NCBI GenBank assembly: GCA_030152145.1
Contig: JASLIL010000102.1
Location: 2,592 to 66,591, forward strand
Length of the DNA: 64,000 nucleotides
Direction: 5' to 3'
Origin: Tissierellales bacterium
GTDB taxonomy: Bacteria; Bacillota; Clostridia; Tissierellales; JASKZW01
Shown here piece by piece: positions 25,132 through 33,570 of the stretch. The notes beneath the pieces are model-generated. The model was not told the DNA's origin. It did not search any database and was given only the letters and a program-made list of their open reading frames with translations. The position numbers and the translations under genes are program-made. Position 1 is the first letter of the stretch, and each line of letters begins with the position of its first letter.

Positions 25132-25146
25132 TAAACGTTGAGAATA

Positions 25147-25176
25147 AACCTAAGTACTTTGTACTTGGGTTTTTTT
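25147..25176 (+). terminator. rho-independent terminator of csp
   Basis: Stem AACCTAAGTAC / GTACTTGGGTT, T7. Confidence 0.85.
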
Positions 25177-25276
25177 GTGCCTTAAATTAGGCTTTATATG
25201 CTTATCCTAAGGATTTAGGCTATATACAGGGTCTTAAGGGGTATTATAAGACTTAAGATTAGAAAGGAAGAATTAT

Positions 25277-25891
25277 ATGAATCTGGAGTTTTTAAGGAAT
25301 AGACAGGCTGAAATTATGGATATAAAACATAGGTATTCTGTGCTTATACCTCTTATTAAGCTAGATGCCAGGGAAGCTATAGTTTATGAGGTTAGAAGTA
25401 AGAAGATGAGAAGACAGCCAGGGGAAATATCCTTCCCAGGTGGCAGGATAGAGGAGGGGGAAAGTCCTAGACAGGCAGCAGTAAGGGAAACTGCCGAGGA
25501 GCTCTCCATAGAAGAGTCTCAAATAGAGGTGTTGGGAGAGGGAGATATATTTATAACACAGTATGGAGCCTTGGTTCACAGTTTTATAGGCTACTTAAAG
25601 GACTTTGAGCCTGATAAGGCCAGTGTCAATAAGGATGAGGTAGACCATATATTTACAGTTCCCCTAGAACATCTTATGGAGGTAGATCCCGTTGTCTATT
25701 CTATGGAAATGGACTTTAAAGACAGAGATGACTTTCCCTATGAGCTAATACCCAATGGAAGGAATTATAATTGGGATATAAGAAAGGAAGATATCTACTT
25801 CTATGAATATGCTGGCTATATAATTTGGGGGATGACTGGTAGGATAACCAGGAACTTTATTAATATAATAAAGCTGGGAGAGAAAGAGTAA
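25277..25891 (+). CDS. Nudix hydrolase, CoA pyrophosphatase-like
   Basis: Nudix box GGRIEEGESPRQAAVRETAEELSI preceded by GEISFPG. The upstream motif SVLIPL is typical of NudL-like CoA pyrophosphatases. Confidence 0.8.
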   Translation: MNLEFLRNRQAEIMDIKHRYSVLIPLIKLDAREAIVYEVRSKKMRRQPGEISFPGGRIEEGESPRQAAVRETAEELSIEESQIEVLGEGDIFITQYGALVHSFIGYLKDFEPDKASVNKDEVDHIFTVPLEHLMEVDPVVYSMEMDFKDRDDFPYELIPNGRNYNWDIRKEDIYFYEYAGYIIWGMTGRITRNFINIIKLGEKE

Positions 25892-25915
25892 GGCTTTGAT
25901 TTAGGAATATGATAT
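25866..25915 (+). repeat. direct repeat copy 1 (covers last 8 codons, stop and 24 nt downstream of the Nudix gene)
   Basis: 25866-25909 is 44/44 identical to 27186-27229. Identity is 49/50 over the listed span. Offset is exactly 1320 bp. Confidence 0.95.
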
Positions 25916-25949
25916 GATGTTTATAGACTAAAAATAAAGGGGGATATAT

Positions 25950-27211
25950 ATGAGGGAGAAAAGATTTTTTATACTTATGCTGGCTTTTCTAATCTTATTG
26001 CCAGGAAAAGTTTTTGCTAAATCTAAGGGTATTGAAGTTGTTTTAGATGGACAAAAGATAGATTTTGATGTGGAGCCAGAACTTAAGGGTGGTAGGACCT
26101 TTGTTCCCATGAGAAAAATATTTGAGCTTTTGGGTATGGAAGTTGAATTTGACAAGGATAATAGAAGGGTTTTAGCCAATAAGGAATCCTTAAATATAAG
26201 CCTAGATATTGACAAGAATTATATGCTGAAAACTCTGAGAAAATAGACTTGGATCAGCCAGCCTATATAAAGAACTCAAGAACTATGGTTCCCTTAAGGG
26301 CTATTTCTGAAGCTGATGGTGCATCTGTAGAATGGATAGCAAGTACTAGAAGAGTAGTTATGAAGACCTTAGAGGAGGATCAGGGAGATCCTAAGCCAGA
26401 TATAAAGGATGAGGAGATCCTAGACCCAACTAAGGATAAGATGGTTTTTTTAGAAAATAAGAGCAAGAAAATAGAGCTAGATATGGCAGAGAAGGATTTA
26501 AGAAAAATAATGGGAGAACCAGATAGGATAGGTAAGGGGCTGGCTAATAGGGATAGATATGTTTATGGCCTAACGGATCCTGAAAACCACATAATATTTG
26601 AACTTGAAAATGGAAGACTTGTAGCTGTGAGAAGCAGTGGGGATAATTGGTTTTTAGAGGGCAAGCTAAGTCCTAGGGGTATTTACAATCCCTTTGTAAT
26701 AGGAATTATAAATCAAGACTATAAGGACAGTGGAATTAGGGCCGAATTTTTAGGTGCTAAGGATACAAAATTCTCCAGGTATATGTTGCTTGACTGGTCT
26801 AGGCCAGAGACTAGGGTCCATAGTTCAGCCAGTATTGAAGAGCTGGAGATGGAGGTCTTTGACTATATTAACCTAGAAAGGGCTAGAAAGGGTCTAGAGC
26901 CCCTAATACTAGATAGGGATCTATCTAATCTTGCTAGAAGCTATAGTAGCTATATAGCTAGAACAGGGGATTATTCCCTTAGCGGTGATAAGAAGGCATT
27001 TAGGGATGAAGCCATGAAGTTTGCTAGGGAAAAATCTTATACAGAGTTAATTGAATTACTTCATAGGGGGCAGGGGGCGGAGGAAATAAGTAATGGCCTT
27101 TTAGACTCTCAATTTGGAGAGCTTAATTTGATGACCAAAAGATATAACTATATTGGACTTGCCTTTAATGAGAAGGGCCATATGGTAATAAAGCTGGGAG
27201 AGAAAGAGTAA
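25950..27211 (+). pseudogene. secreted copper-amine-oxidase-N-like (stalk) + CAP/SCP (YkwD-like) domain protein, disrupted by a frameshift near 26220-26226
   Basis: Signal peptide MREKRFFILMLAFLILLPGKVFA. ORFs 25950..26246 and 26249..27211 split one stalk-repeat domain (GGRTFVPMRKIFE... / ...NSRTMVPLRAISE). The downstream frame is open back to 26213. The C-terminal half has CAP-type motifs (EMEVFDYINLERARKGLEPL). Confidence 0.65.
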
Positions 27212-27235
27212 GGCTTTGATTTAGGAATAGGATAT
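27186..27235 (+). repeat. direct repeat copy 2 (last 8 codons, stop and downstream of the CAP-domain gene)
   Basis: Identical to copy 1 as described. Both proteins therefore end in IKLGEKE. Confidence 0.95.
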
Positions 27236-27244
27236 TTATAGATA

Positions 27245-27278
27245 AAAAAGGCAGGCCTAGATTCAGGCCTGCCTTTTA
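27245..27278. terminator. bidirectional terminator (CAP-domain gene / marR)
   Basis: Stem AAAGGCAGGCCT / AGGCCTGCCTTT flanked by an A6 and a T4 run. Confidence 0.85.
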
Positions 27279-27292
27279 ATTTATGTAGAAAA

Positions 27293-27742
27293 TTAATTTT
27301 CAATATTTTCAATAACCTTCATTATACTGATTAGATTGTTGTTAAAGTCCCTTAGTTCCTTGTCTGACAGATCCTTAAATACTTCTTTTATTTGATTTAG
27401 ATACTCTTCCTTTTGCTCTTCAAAGATTTCTAGGCCCTGGTCAGTGAGGTAGATCCAGGATTTTCTTTTATCATCTTCATCCAGACTTTTACAAGTAATG
27501 TTAAGGTCTTCTAAGCCGGCTATAAGACTTGTAACGCTTCCTTTTTCTAGGCTAAGGGATTGGCCTATCTGGGTGGCAGTACTGCTGCCCTCATTACCTA
27601 GAAGGCTTATAGCTCTAATTTGGTTCTTAGTAAGACTAAGGCCCTTGTAATCTTCAGTTTTCAGTATAGGTCTAAATAATTTATTGATAAAGTAGATAAA
27701 CTTACCTAAGTTTACTCTAATATCCTCAAAGGATTGACTCAT
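27293..27742 (-). CDS. MarR family transcriptional regulator
   Basis: 149 aa. Winged-HTH region LTKNQIRAISLLGNEGSSTATQIGQSLSLEKGSVTSLIAGLED. Confidence 0.85.
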   Translation of the reverse strand: MSQSFEDIRVNLGKFIYFINKLFRPILKTEDYKGLSLTKNQIRAISLLGNEGSSTATQIGQSLSLEKGSVTSLIAGLEDLNITCKSLDEDDKRKSWIYLTDQGLEIFEEQKEEYLNQIKEVFKDLSDKELRDFNNNLISIMKVIENIEN

Positions 27743-27760
27743 AAGATCACCTCAATAGTA

Positions 27761-27823
27761 TTAAGATTCCTAAAAATAGAAATCTTAACTATTAATTATA
27801 TAGATGTTTTATTTTTCTGTCAA
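27761..27823 (-). promoter_or_regulatory. marR promoter (consensus TTGACA-N17-TATAAT on minus strand, 27823-27795) and downstream operator inverted repeat TTAAGATT-N12-AATCTTAA (27761-27788)
   Basis: Both hexamers match the consensus exactly. The 8-bp inverted arms sit between the -10 and the RBS. Confidence 0.65.
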
Positions 27824-27884
27824 TTGATAGACTATTCCTTTAATTTATAACCTCAATATAAACTATAGTTAATTTAGATCTAAA

Positions 27885-27911
27885 TTCTATGGGGCTGGCC
27901 CTGCCAACCCC
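27885..27911 (-). terminator. probable tyrS terminator
   Basis: GC-rich stem GGGGTTGGC / GCCAGCCCC on the minus strand with a weak U tract. Confidence 0.5.
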
Positions 27912-27918
27912 TAGAAAC

Positions 27919-29154
27919 CTACTTAAATTTTACCTGGTGGTAAACTTTCTTACCTTTTTTTATAAGGATTTTTCCGTCTATGAAAAGCTCTTCTTTTACA
28001 AGTAAATTAGGATCCTCTACCTTAACCTCATCTATAGTAAGTCCGCCCTGTTCAATTAATCTACGGCCCTCTCCATTAGATTTAGTTAATTTTAATTCTG
28101 TTAATAGGTTTAAGATACCAATACCCTCTTTAAATAGGTCAGGGTCCATCTCTGTACTTGGGATATTTTCTGTATCCACCCCTCCCTTAAATAGGGCCTT
28201 TGCAGCTTCTTTTGCCTTTTCTGCTTCTTCTACACCATGGACAGTCTTAGTAACCTCATAGGCAAGTCTTTCCTTGGCTATGTTTATATCAGAACCTTCT
28301 AATTTTGAAAGTTCCTCTATTTCCTCCATGTCTACAAAGGTTAAAAGCTTCATAAACTTGATAACATCTCTGTCATCAACATTTCTTAGGTACTGGAATA
28401 ACTCATATGGAGAAGTCTTTTCAGGATCTAACCATATGGTTCCCTTTGCTGTCTTACCCATTTTAATACCAGCAGCAGTTGTAAGAAGTTTAAAGGTCAT
28501 AGAGTAAACCTTAGCTTCTTCTACCTTTCTAACCAACTCAAAACCACCAATCATATTTGACCATTGGTCGCTGCCGCCTAGCTGTAGTCTACAGTCATAC
28601 TTCCTGTATAGGTGGAGGAAGTCGTAGGATTGTAGTGGCATATATCCAAATTCAAAGAAGGTAAGTCCATCTTCAAGTCTGTTTTTGTAGGCATCAAAAG
28701 ATAGCATTCTATTAATAGTAAAATGTCTTCCTACATCTCTCATAAACTCTAGGTAGTTAAGGTCTAGTAGCCAGTCAGCATTATTTACAAATCTTCCCTG
28801 GCCTTCGCTAAAGTCTAGGAATTGAGATAGTTGATTTTTAAAGCAGCTAACATTGTGGTCTATAAAGTCCTTGGTCATAAGCTTTCTCATATCTGTTCTT
28901 CCAGATGGGTCACCTATCATAGTTGTTCCTCCACCTAGTAGGGCTATAGGTCTGTGACCTGCTCTTTGCATGTGCATCATAGCCATAACAGTTAAGAAGT
29001 GGCCTAGGGTTAAACTGTCAGCAGTAGCGTCAAATCCAATGTAGAAAGTTAGGGGCTGATCGCTTCCTAGTAGTTCTCTAAGTTCTTCTTCGTGGGTAGC
29101 TTGTTCAACATAGCCTCTTTCCACTAAAATATCATATACATTTTTCTTAGTCAT
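27919..29154 (-). CDS. tyrS: tyrosine--tRNA ligase
   Basis: 411 aa. Class I HIGH-type motif (DSLTLGHF) and KMSKS-type motif (KMGKT). C-terminal S4-like domain. Confidence 0.95.
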   Translation of the reverse strand: MTKKNVYDILVERGYVEQATHEEELRELLGSDQPLTFYIGFDATADSLTLGHFLTVMAMMHMQRAGHRPIALLGGGTTMIGDPSGRTDMRKLMTKDFIDHNVSCFKNQLSQFLDFSEGQGRFVNNADWLLDLNYLEFMRDVGRHFTINRMLSFDAYKNRLEDGLTFFEFGYMPLQSYDFLHLYRKYDCRLQLGGSDQWSNMIGGFELVRKVEEAKVYSMTFKLLTTAAGIKMGKTAKGTIWLDPEKTSPYELFQYLRNVDDRDVIKFMKLLTFVDMEEIEELSKLEGSDINIAKERLAYEVTKTVHGVEEAEKAKEAAKALFKGGVDTENIPSTEMDPDLFKEGIGILNLLTELKLTKSNGEGRRLIEQGGLTIDEVKVEDPNLLVKEELFIDGKILIKKGKKVYHQVKFK

Positions 29155-29191
29155 CTATTAAACCTCCTAAATTATTTTTAAAATTGGCAAT

Positions 29192-29425
29192 AAAAAAAGG
29201 GTATCTCATCCTAGAAGGACGAGCATACCCGTGGTACCACCTTAATTTGCCATATATTTAGCCTCAAAATCTTTATCGCAGATTTATCACGCAATAGTTT
29301 CCTATCGTACTCAGGAATCGTAATTCACTTCATGTTAGGTTGTAAACTTTTCACCAGCTGTTTACTCTCTTTACTTTAACCACAGGAAGCTACTTTTTTC
29401 CATCAAAGTTTATTATTCGAATTTA
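29192..29425 (-). promoter_or_regulatory. T-box riboswitch leader, tyrosine-specific (specifier UAC at complement 29307-29309)
   Basis: Minus strand reads AAUUAAGGUGGUACCACGGG (T-box core, complement of 29228-29247), followed by terminator GGGTATGCTCGTCC...GGATGAGATACCC plus T7. Stem I AGAGA and GNUGG elements are present. GAGUACG lies in the specifier region. Confidence 0.9.
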
Positions 29426-29431
29426 ATATGT

Positions 29432-29460
29432 ATCTTAATATAAAAGGAGATTAATGTCAA
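29432..29460 (-). promoter_or_regulatory. tyrS promoter TTGACA-N17-TAAGAT (minus strand)
   Basis: tgtcaa at 29455-29460 and atctta at 29432-29437 on the plus strand. Confidence 0.65.
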
Positions 29461-29501
29461 GTTAAATAGCTTAAATTTAAACAAGAAGAAAAGGCCCTGG
29501 G

Positions 29502-30005
29502 TTAGATTTTTTTCTTAATTTGATTTTTAAAGAGATAGTTTTTTAGATTGCTGTAATTCAAATGGTTTTCATTGGCTATAAAAATAGGCTTATTGTCTCT
29601 GGCCTTGTAGACATAGATTAATCTTTGGTCCTTGTTGTAGTTAAAGGCCAGCTGGTCCTTACTTAGGATAATTTCCTCCTTTAAGGGATCCTTAAGATAA
29701 ACTCTCTGATCTTCCAGTCTTAGGGACAGCCTATTTCTGTAGAAAAGATAAGCATTATAAACTAAGAGAAGACCAATTAGAATAGTGGAAGCCAGACTGC
29801 TGGTCTTATTTCTAATAGAATCTACAAGGTAGACTATAAAGACAAGTTCAAAAGCTAGGTAGATTAATTTCTTAAAGCTACTGGCAGCAACAGTAAAGTT
29901 GTCAGTAAGCTTGATCTTATTCTTTACAGCTCTTCTGTCCAAATAAAAAAGTGCTGAAATAATGGCAAGTGCAATTATGGAAAACATACTTAAATTATCA
30001 TTCAT
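29502..30005 (-). CDS. hypothetical membrane protein (3 TM + soluble C-terminal domain)
   Basis: ATG at 30005 lies 7 nt after AAAGGAGGAAAG. MNDNLSMFSIIALAIISALFYL... No family recognised. Confidence 0.6.
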   Translation of the reverse strand: MNDNLSMFSIIALAIISALFYLDRRAVKNKIKLTDNFTVAASSFKKLIYLAFELVFIVYLVDSIRNKTSSLASTILIGLLLVYNAYLFYRNRLSLRLEDQRVYLKDPLKEEIILSKDQLAFNYNKDQRLIYVYKARDNKPIFIANENHLNYSNLKNYLFKNQIKKKI

Positions 30006-30022
30006 TGACTTTCCTCCTTTAT

Positions 30023-30054
30023 AAAAAAGAAGCCTTATTCCGAGGAATAAGGCT
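30023..30054 (-). terminator. rho-independent terminator after the superoxide reductase gene
   Basis: Minus strand: AGCCTTATTCC / GGAATAAGGCT stem followed by TCTTTTTT. Confidence 0.8.
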
Positions 30055-30065
30055 GTCATGTCAAA

Positions 30066-30440
30066 TTAAGCTAATTTTAATTCTTGGCTATTTTCCCATA
30101 GACCATGAATATTACAATAGCTAGTAGCTATTAGATGTCCTGATGTTTCTGGTTTAAATCTTAAAGTAGCAAATGGTTCTGTGAAAGTTTCAAATTCACC
30201 ATGTGCATTGAATTCAAATTCACCTAATTCTAGAGGGAATTTTCCTCCTTCAGGTAAGAAGTAAACTTTAATCCATCCAATGTGGTGTTCTAAAGTATTA
30301 GGGTGAGCTATCTCTTCACCTATATTAACATTAACTTCTACAACTTCCCCTGCTTTAAATGATTCTGGTGCATTTATAACTGGTACGTGTTTCTCACCTT
30401 TCCAGTCTCCGCTTTGAATTAAATCTCCTAATTTTTTCAT
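30066..30440 (-). CDS. superoxide reductase (1Fe-SOR / neelaredoxin-type desulfoferrodoxin family)
   Basis: 124 aa. EKHVPVI, ligand-containing HPNTLEHHIGWI, and C-terminal SYCNIHGLW. Confidence 0.9.
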   Translation of the reverse strand: MKKLGDLIQSGDWKGEKHVPVINAPESFKAGEVVEVNVNIGEEIAHPNTLEHHIGWIKVYFLPEGGKFPLELGEFEFNAHGEFETFTEPFATLRFKPETSGHLIATSYCNIHGLWENSQELKLA

Positions 30441-30590
30441 CTATTAATAGCCTCCTTAAAAATATGTTTCTAATCTTATCTAATCCTATTATACCCTCAT
30501 ATTAAAAATATACTCAAAAAAATTTAATATTTTATTAAGCCTAGGTCATAGGGTATAATGAATTTAGGAAGAGGAAAGGAAGAAAAAATT

Positions 30591-31733
30591 ATGAAAAATA
30601 TAGATTTAATAGCAACAACAACCTTTGGTTTGGAAGCAGTAGTTAAGAGGGAACTCTTGAACCTAGGTTATGAGGATTTAGAGGTAGAAAATGGCAGGGT
30701 TACAGTTAAGAACTGTCAGGAGAAGGATATAGCTGTACTTAATCTTTGGTTAAGGTCAGCAGAAAGAGTTTTGGTTAAGGTTGGAGAGTTTAAGGCCCTT
30801 ACCTTTGATCAACTTTTTGAAAAAACCAAGGCCCTTCCTTGGGAAGAGTGGATAACTAAAAAGGCTGAGTTCCCTGTAGAGGGAAAATCTATAAATTCCA
30901 AGCTTTTCAGTATATCAGACTCTCAGGCTATAGTTAAAAAAGCTATAGTTGAAAGGCTAAAGGAAACCTATGACCTAGATTGGTTTGAAGAAACTGGAGA
31001 AAAATATACTATAGAGGTTTCTCTTTTAAAGGATATAGCAACTCTCACCATAGACACTTCAGGTAGGGGACTTCACAAGAGAGGCTACAGGAAGGAATCT
31101 GTTATAGCACCTATAAAGGAAACTCTTGCAGCAGCTATGGTTCAGCTTAGTTTTTGGAACAAGGACAGATTTCTCTTAGACCCTTTTTGTGGGTCAGGTA
31201 CTATCTGTATAGAGGCAGCTATGATTGCTAGAAATATGGCCCCAGGTCTTTACAGAAACTTCGCTGCAGAAGATTGGCCAAGAGTTAAAAAAGAGTATTG
31301 GAATGAGGCTAGACGTGAAGCTTGGGATAAGTTTGATGGAGACACTGAGCTTAGAATTATAGGTACAGATATAGACAGAAGGGCAGTAGATCATGCCAGG
31401 GAAAATGCTGAGAGCATTGGCCTGGAAGATGACATCCTGTTCCTTACTAAGGATTTTAGAGAATTTGATTTTACTGAGGAATATGGGGTAATAATCTCTA
31501 ACCCACCTTATGGAGATAGGCTTCTTGATGAACCTGAAGTTCATAGTCTTTATAGGGATATGGGTAATATTTTCAAGGCTTTGGAGACCTATTCAGTTTA
31601 TATAATAACTTCAGAAAAAGAGTTTGAAGATATATATGGTAAGAAGGCTGATAGGAAGAGGAAACTTTACAATGGTAGGATAGAAGTTGACTACTATCAG
31701 TATTATGGACCAAGGCCTCCAAGAAAGGAGTAG
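30591..31733 (+). CDS. THUMP-domain class I SAM-dependent RNA methyltransferase (RlmL/YpsC-like)
   Basis: ATG 30591 after AGGAAGAGGAAAGGAAG. N-terminal THUMP region, DPFCGSGT motif I and SNPPYGDRL motif IV. Confidence 0.85.
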   Translation: MKNIDLIATTTFGLEAVVKRELLNLGYEDLEVENGRVTVKNCQEKDIAVLNLWLRSAERVLVKVGEFKALTFDQLFEKTKALPWEEWITKKAEFPVEGKSINSKLFSISDSQAIVKKAIVERLKETYDLDWFEETGEKYTIEVSLLKDIATLTIDTSGRGLHKRGYRKESVIAPIKETLAAAMVQLSFWNKDRFLLDPFCGSGTICIEAAMIARNMAPGLYRNFAAEDWPRVKKEYWNEARREAWDKFDGDTELRIIGTDIDRRAVDHARENAESIGLEDDILFLTKDFREFDFTEEYGVIISNPPYGDRLLDEPEVHSLYRDMGNIFKALETYSVYIITSEKEFEDIYGKKADRKRKLYNGRIEVDYYQYYGPRPPRKE

Positions 31734-31735
31734 TT

Positions 31736-32266
31736 ATGAAAATCTATACAAAAACTGGAGACAAGGGAACTACTAGCCTTTATGATGGGGTTAGGGTTTC
31801 TAAGGACAGCGTTAGGGTGGAAAGCTATGGTACAGTAGATGAGCTAGTTTCTCATTTGGGGCTGGCTAAAAACTTTGTTAATAATGATCAGCTTTATCAG
31901 GAAATTACAGAGATTCAAAATAAACTTTTCACAGTAGGTTCCAATCTGGCTACAGAGGACCCAGAAAAAATCAAGTACAAGATAGTTGAGGAAGATATTA
32001 TAAGTCTAGAGGCTATTATAGATAAGTATATGAAGCTAATAGGACCACCAGAAGGCTTTATAATACCTGGAGCAGGCAAGGGATCTGGATTTCTTCATGT
32101 GGCAAGAACTGTCTGCAGGAGATGTGAAAGAAGAATTATAAGCTTACAGGCTTTGACCTATGTAGATCCACTGCTTTTAAAATATGTAAACAGACTATCT
32201 GATGTCATATATTCCATGGCTAGATTTGTGGAGGAAAAGGAACTTAAGGTAGATTATAACAAGTAA
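31736..32266 (+). CDS. ATP:cob(I)alamin adenosyltransferase, PduO type
   Basis: MKIYTKTGDKGTTSLYDG N-terminus and the RTVCRRCERR helix are typical of PduO-type enzymes. Confidence 0.9.
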   Translation: MKIYTKTGDKGTTSLYDGVRVSKDSVRVESYGTVDELVSHLGLAKNFVNNDQLYQEITEIQNKLFTVGSNLATEDPEKIKYKIVEEDIISLEAIIDKYMKLIGPPEGFIIPGAGKGSGFLHVARTVCRRCERRIISLQALTYVDPLLLKYVNRLSDVIYSMARFVEEKELKVDYNK

Positions 32267-32395
32267 ACGTTATCTTTTTAACAAATAGCTGGAAATCAGT
32301 TAAATTCAAGGATATAAAGGATAAATTCTTTGTCTTTTTAGCTAGCTTATGTTATTATAAATTACAAGTACCTAATATATTTAGTAGGTGATTAG

Positions 32396-33526
32396 ATGCT
32401 AAAAAAAGAAGATTTAAAGGGGTTAGTAAATGATAGTAATAGGTATAGTGTGTTAAATTATCATGTCCTAGAAAGTATGGCTGATTGGGTTAGGGTAGTT
32501 GATAATAATGGTAATGTTATCTATGCCAATAAGGCTATGAAAGAGGCATTAGGATCTAATATTATAAATGAAAAATGTTATAGCGTTCATGGTAGCGGTC
32601 AACCCTGTGGTTTTTGTATATCAAAGAGAAGTATGAGAACCCTTGAGACAGTTCAAAAGGAGGAGCTTATAGGTGATAGGCATTTTTCCGTTAAGAGTTC
32701 TCCGGTTTTAAATGATGAGGGCCATGCTATAGCAGCTGTTGAAGTTTTTAGAGATGTTACTAGAGAGAGAAGACTTGAAAATGAATTGATAGAGAAGAAT
32801 AAGAAGATGAGTAATGATTTAAATTTTGCTAAAAGACTTCAAAGAAGAATTCTGCCTAAAAAAGGTGATTATATGGGCTTGGCTGTAGACCACCTCTATA
32901 TGCCGTCTGAGATGCTTAGTGGAGATATGTATGATGTCTATAGCATAGATGAAGATAACATAGGTATATATATATGTGATGTGGTTGGCCATGGTGTTAC
33001 AGCTTCTATGATGACTATGTTTGTTAGACAAACGATGAGGGCTATTAAAGATGAGATTGCAAGTCCGGGAGAAGCCTTGACAGAGCTTCAAAAAAGGTTT
33101 ATTAGCCTTAATCTTGAGATAGAAAAATACTTCACTATATTTTATGCAGTTTATAATACTAGAACTAGAGAATTAAAGTATTCTAATGCAGGTCACAACT
33201 GTATACCTATTATGTATAACAAAAGAGAATTAAATTTATTAAAATCCACAGGATTTCCTATTTCCTTGCTTTTTAATGAAATATATTATAAAGAGAATTC
33301 CATTGTCCTTGATTTGGAGGATAGGGTGCTTTTTTATACAGATGGAATTACAGAGGTTAAAAACTTTGAAGGAATGGAGTTTGGTATAGAAAGATTGGCT
33401 TCAGTCGTAGAAGAGCATAGAGAAAAAGAAGATATTATAGATCAGATAATAGATAATGTTGAGAGATTTAGATGGGGAGAACAGGAAGACGATTTTGCAA
33501 TGATTTTAATAGAAATTAAGGAATAA
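32396..33526 (+). CDS. PAS-domain PP2C-type (SpoIIE/RsbU-like) serine/threonine phosphatase
   Basis: PAS region with CYSVHGSGQPCGFC. Phosphatase motifs LSGDMYDV, DVVGHGVTAS and FYTDGITE. Confidence 0.85.
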   Translation: MLKKEDLKGLVNDSNRYSVLNYHVLESMADWVRVVDNNGNVIYANKAMKEALGSNIINEKCYSVHGSGQPCGFCISKRSMRTLETVQKEELIGDRHFSVKSSPVLNDEGHAIAAVEVFRDVTRERRLENELIEKNKKMSNDLNFAKRLQRRILPKKGDYMGLAVDHLYMPSEMLSGDMYDVYSIDEDNIGIYICDVVGHGVTASMMTMFVRQTMRAIKDEIASPGEALTELQKRFISLNLEIEKYFTIFYAVYNTRTRELKYSNAGHNCIPIMYNKRELNLLKSTGFPISLLFNEIYYKENSIVLDLEDRVLFYTDGITEVKNFEGMEFGIERLASVVEEHREKEDIIDQIIDNVERFRWGEQEDDFAMILIEIKE

Positions 33527-33552
33527 AGATCTTGGAAACCAAGATCTTTATT
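33524..33552 (+). terminator. rho-independent terminator
   Basis: Perfect 11-bp stem AAAGATCTTGG / CCAAGATCTTT, AAA loop, short T tract. Confidence 0.7.
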
Positions 33553-33570
33553 CTATAATGGAGGATTTTT

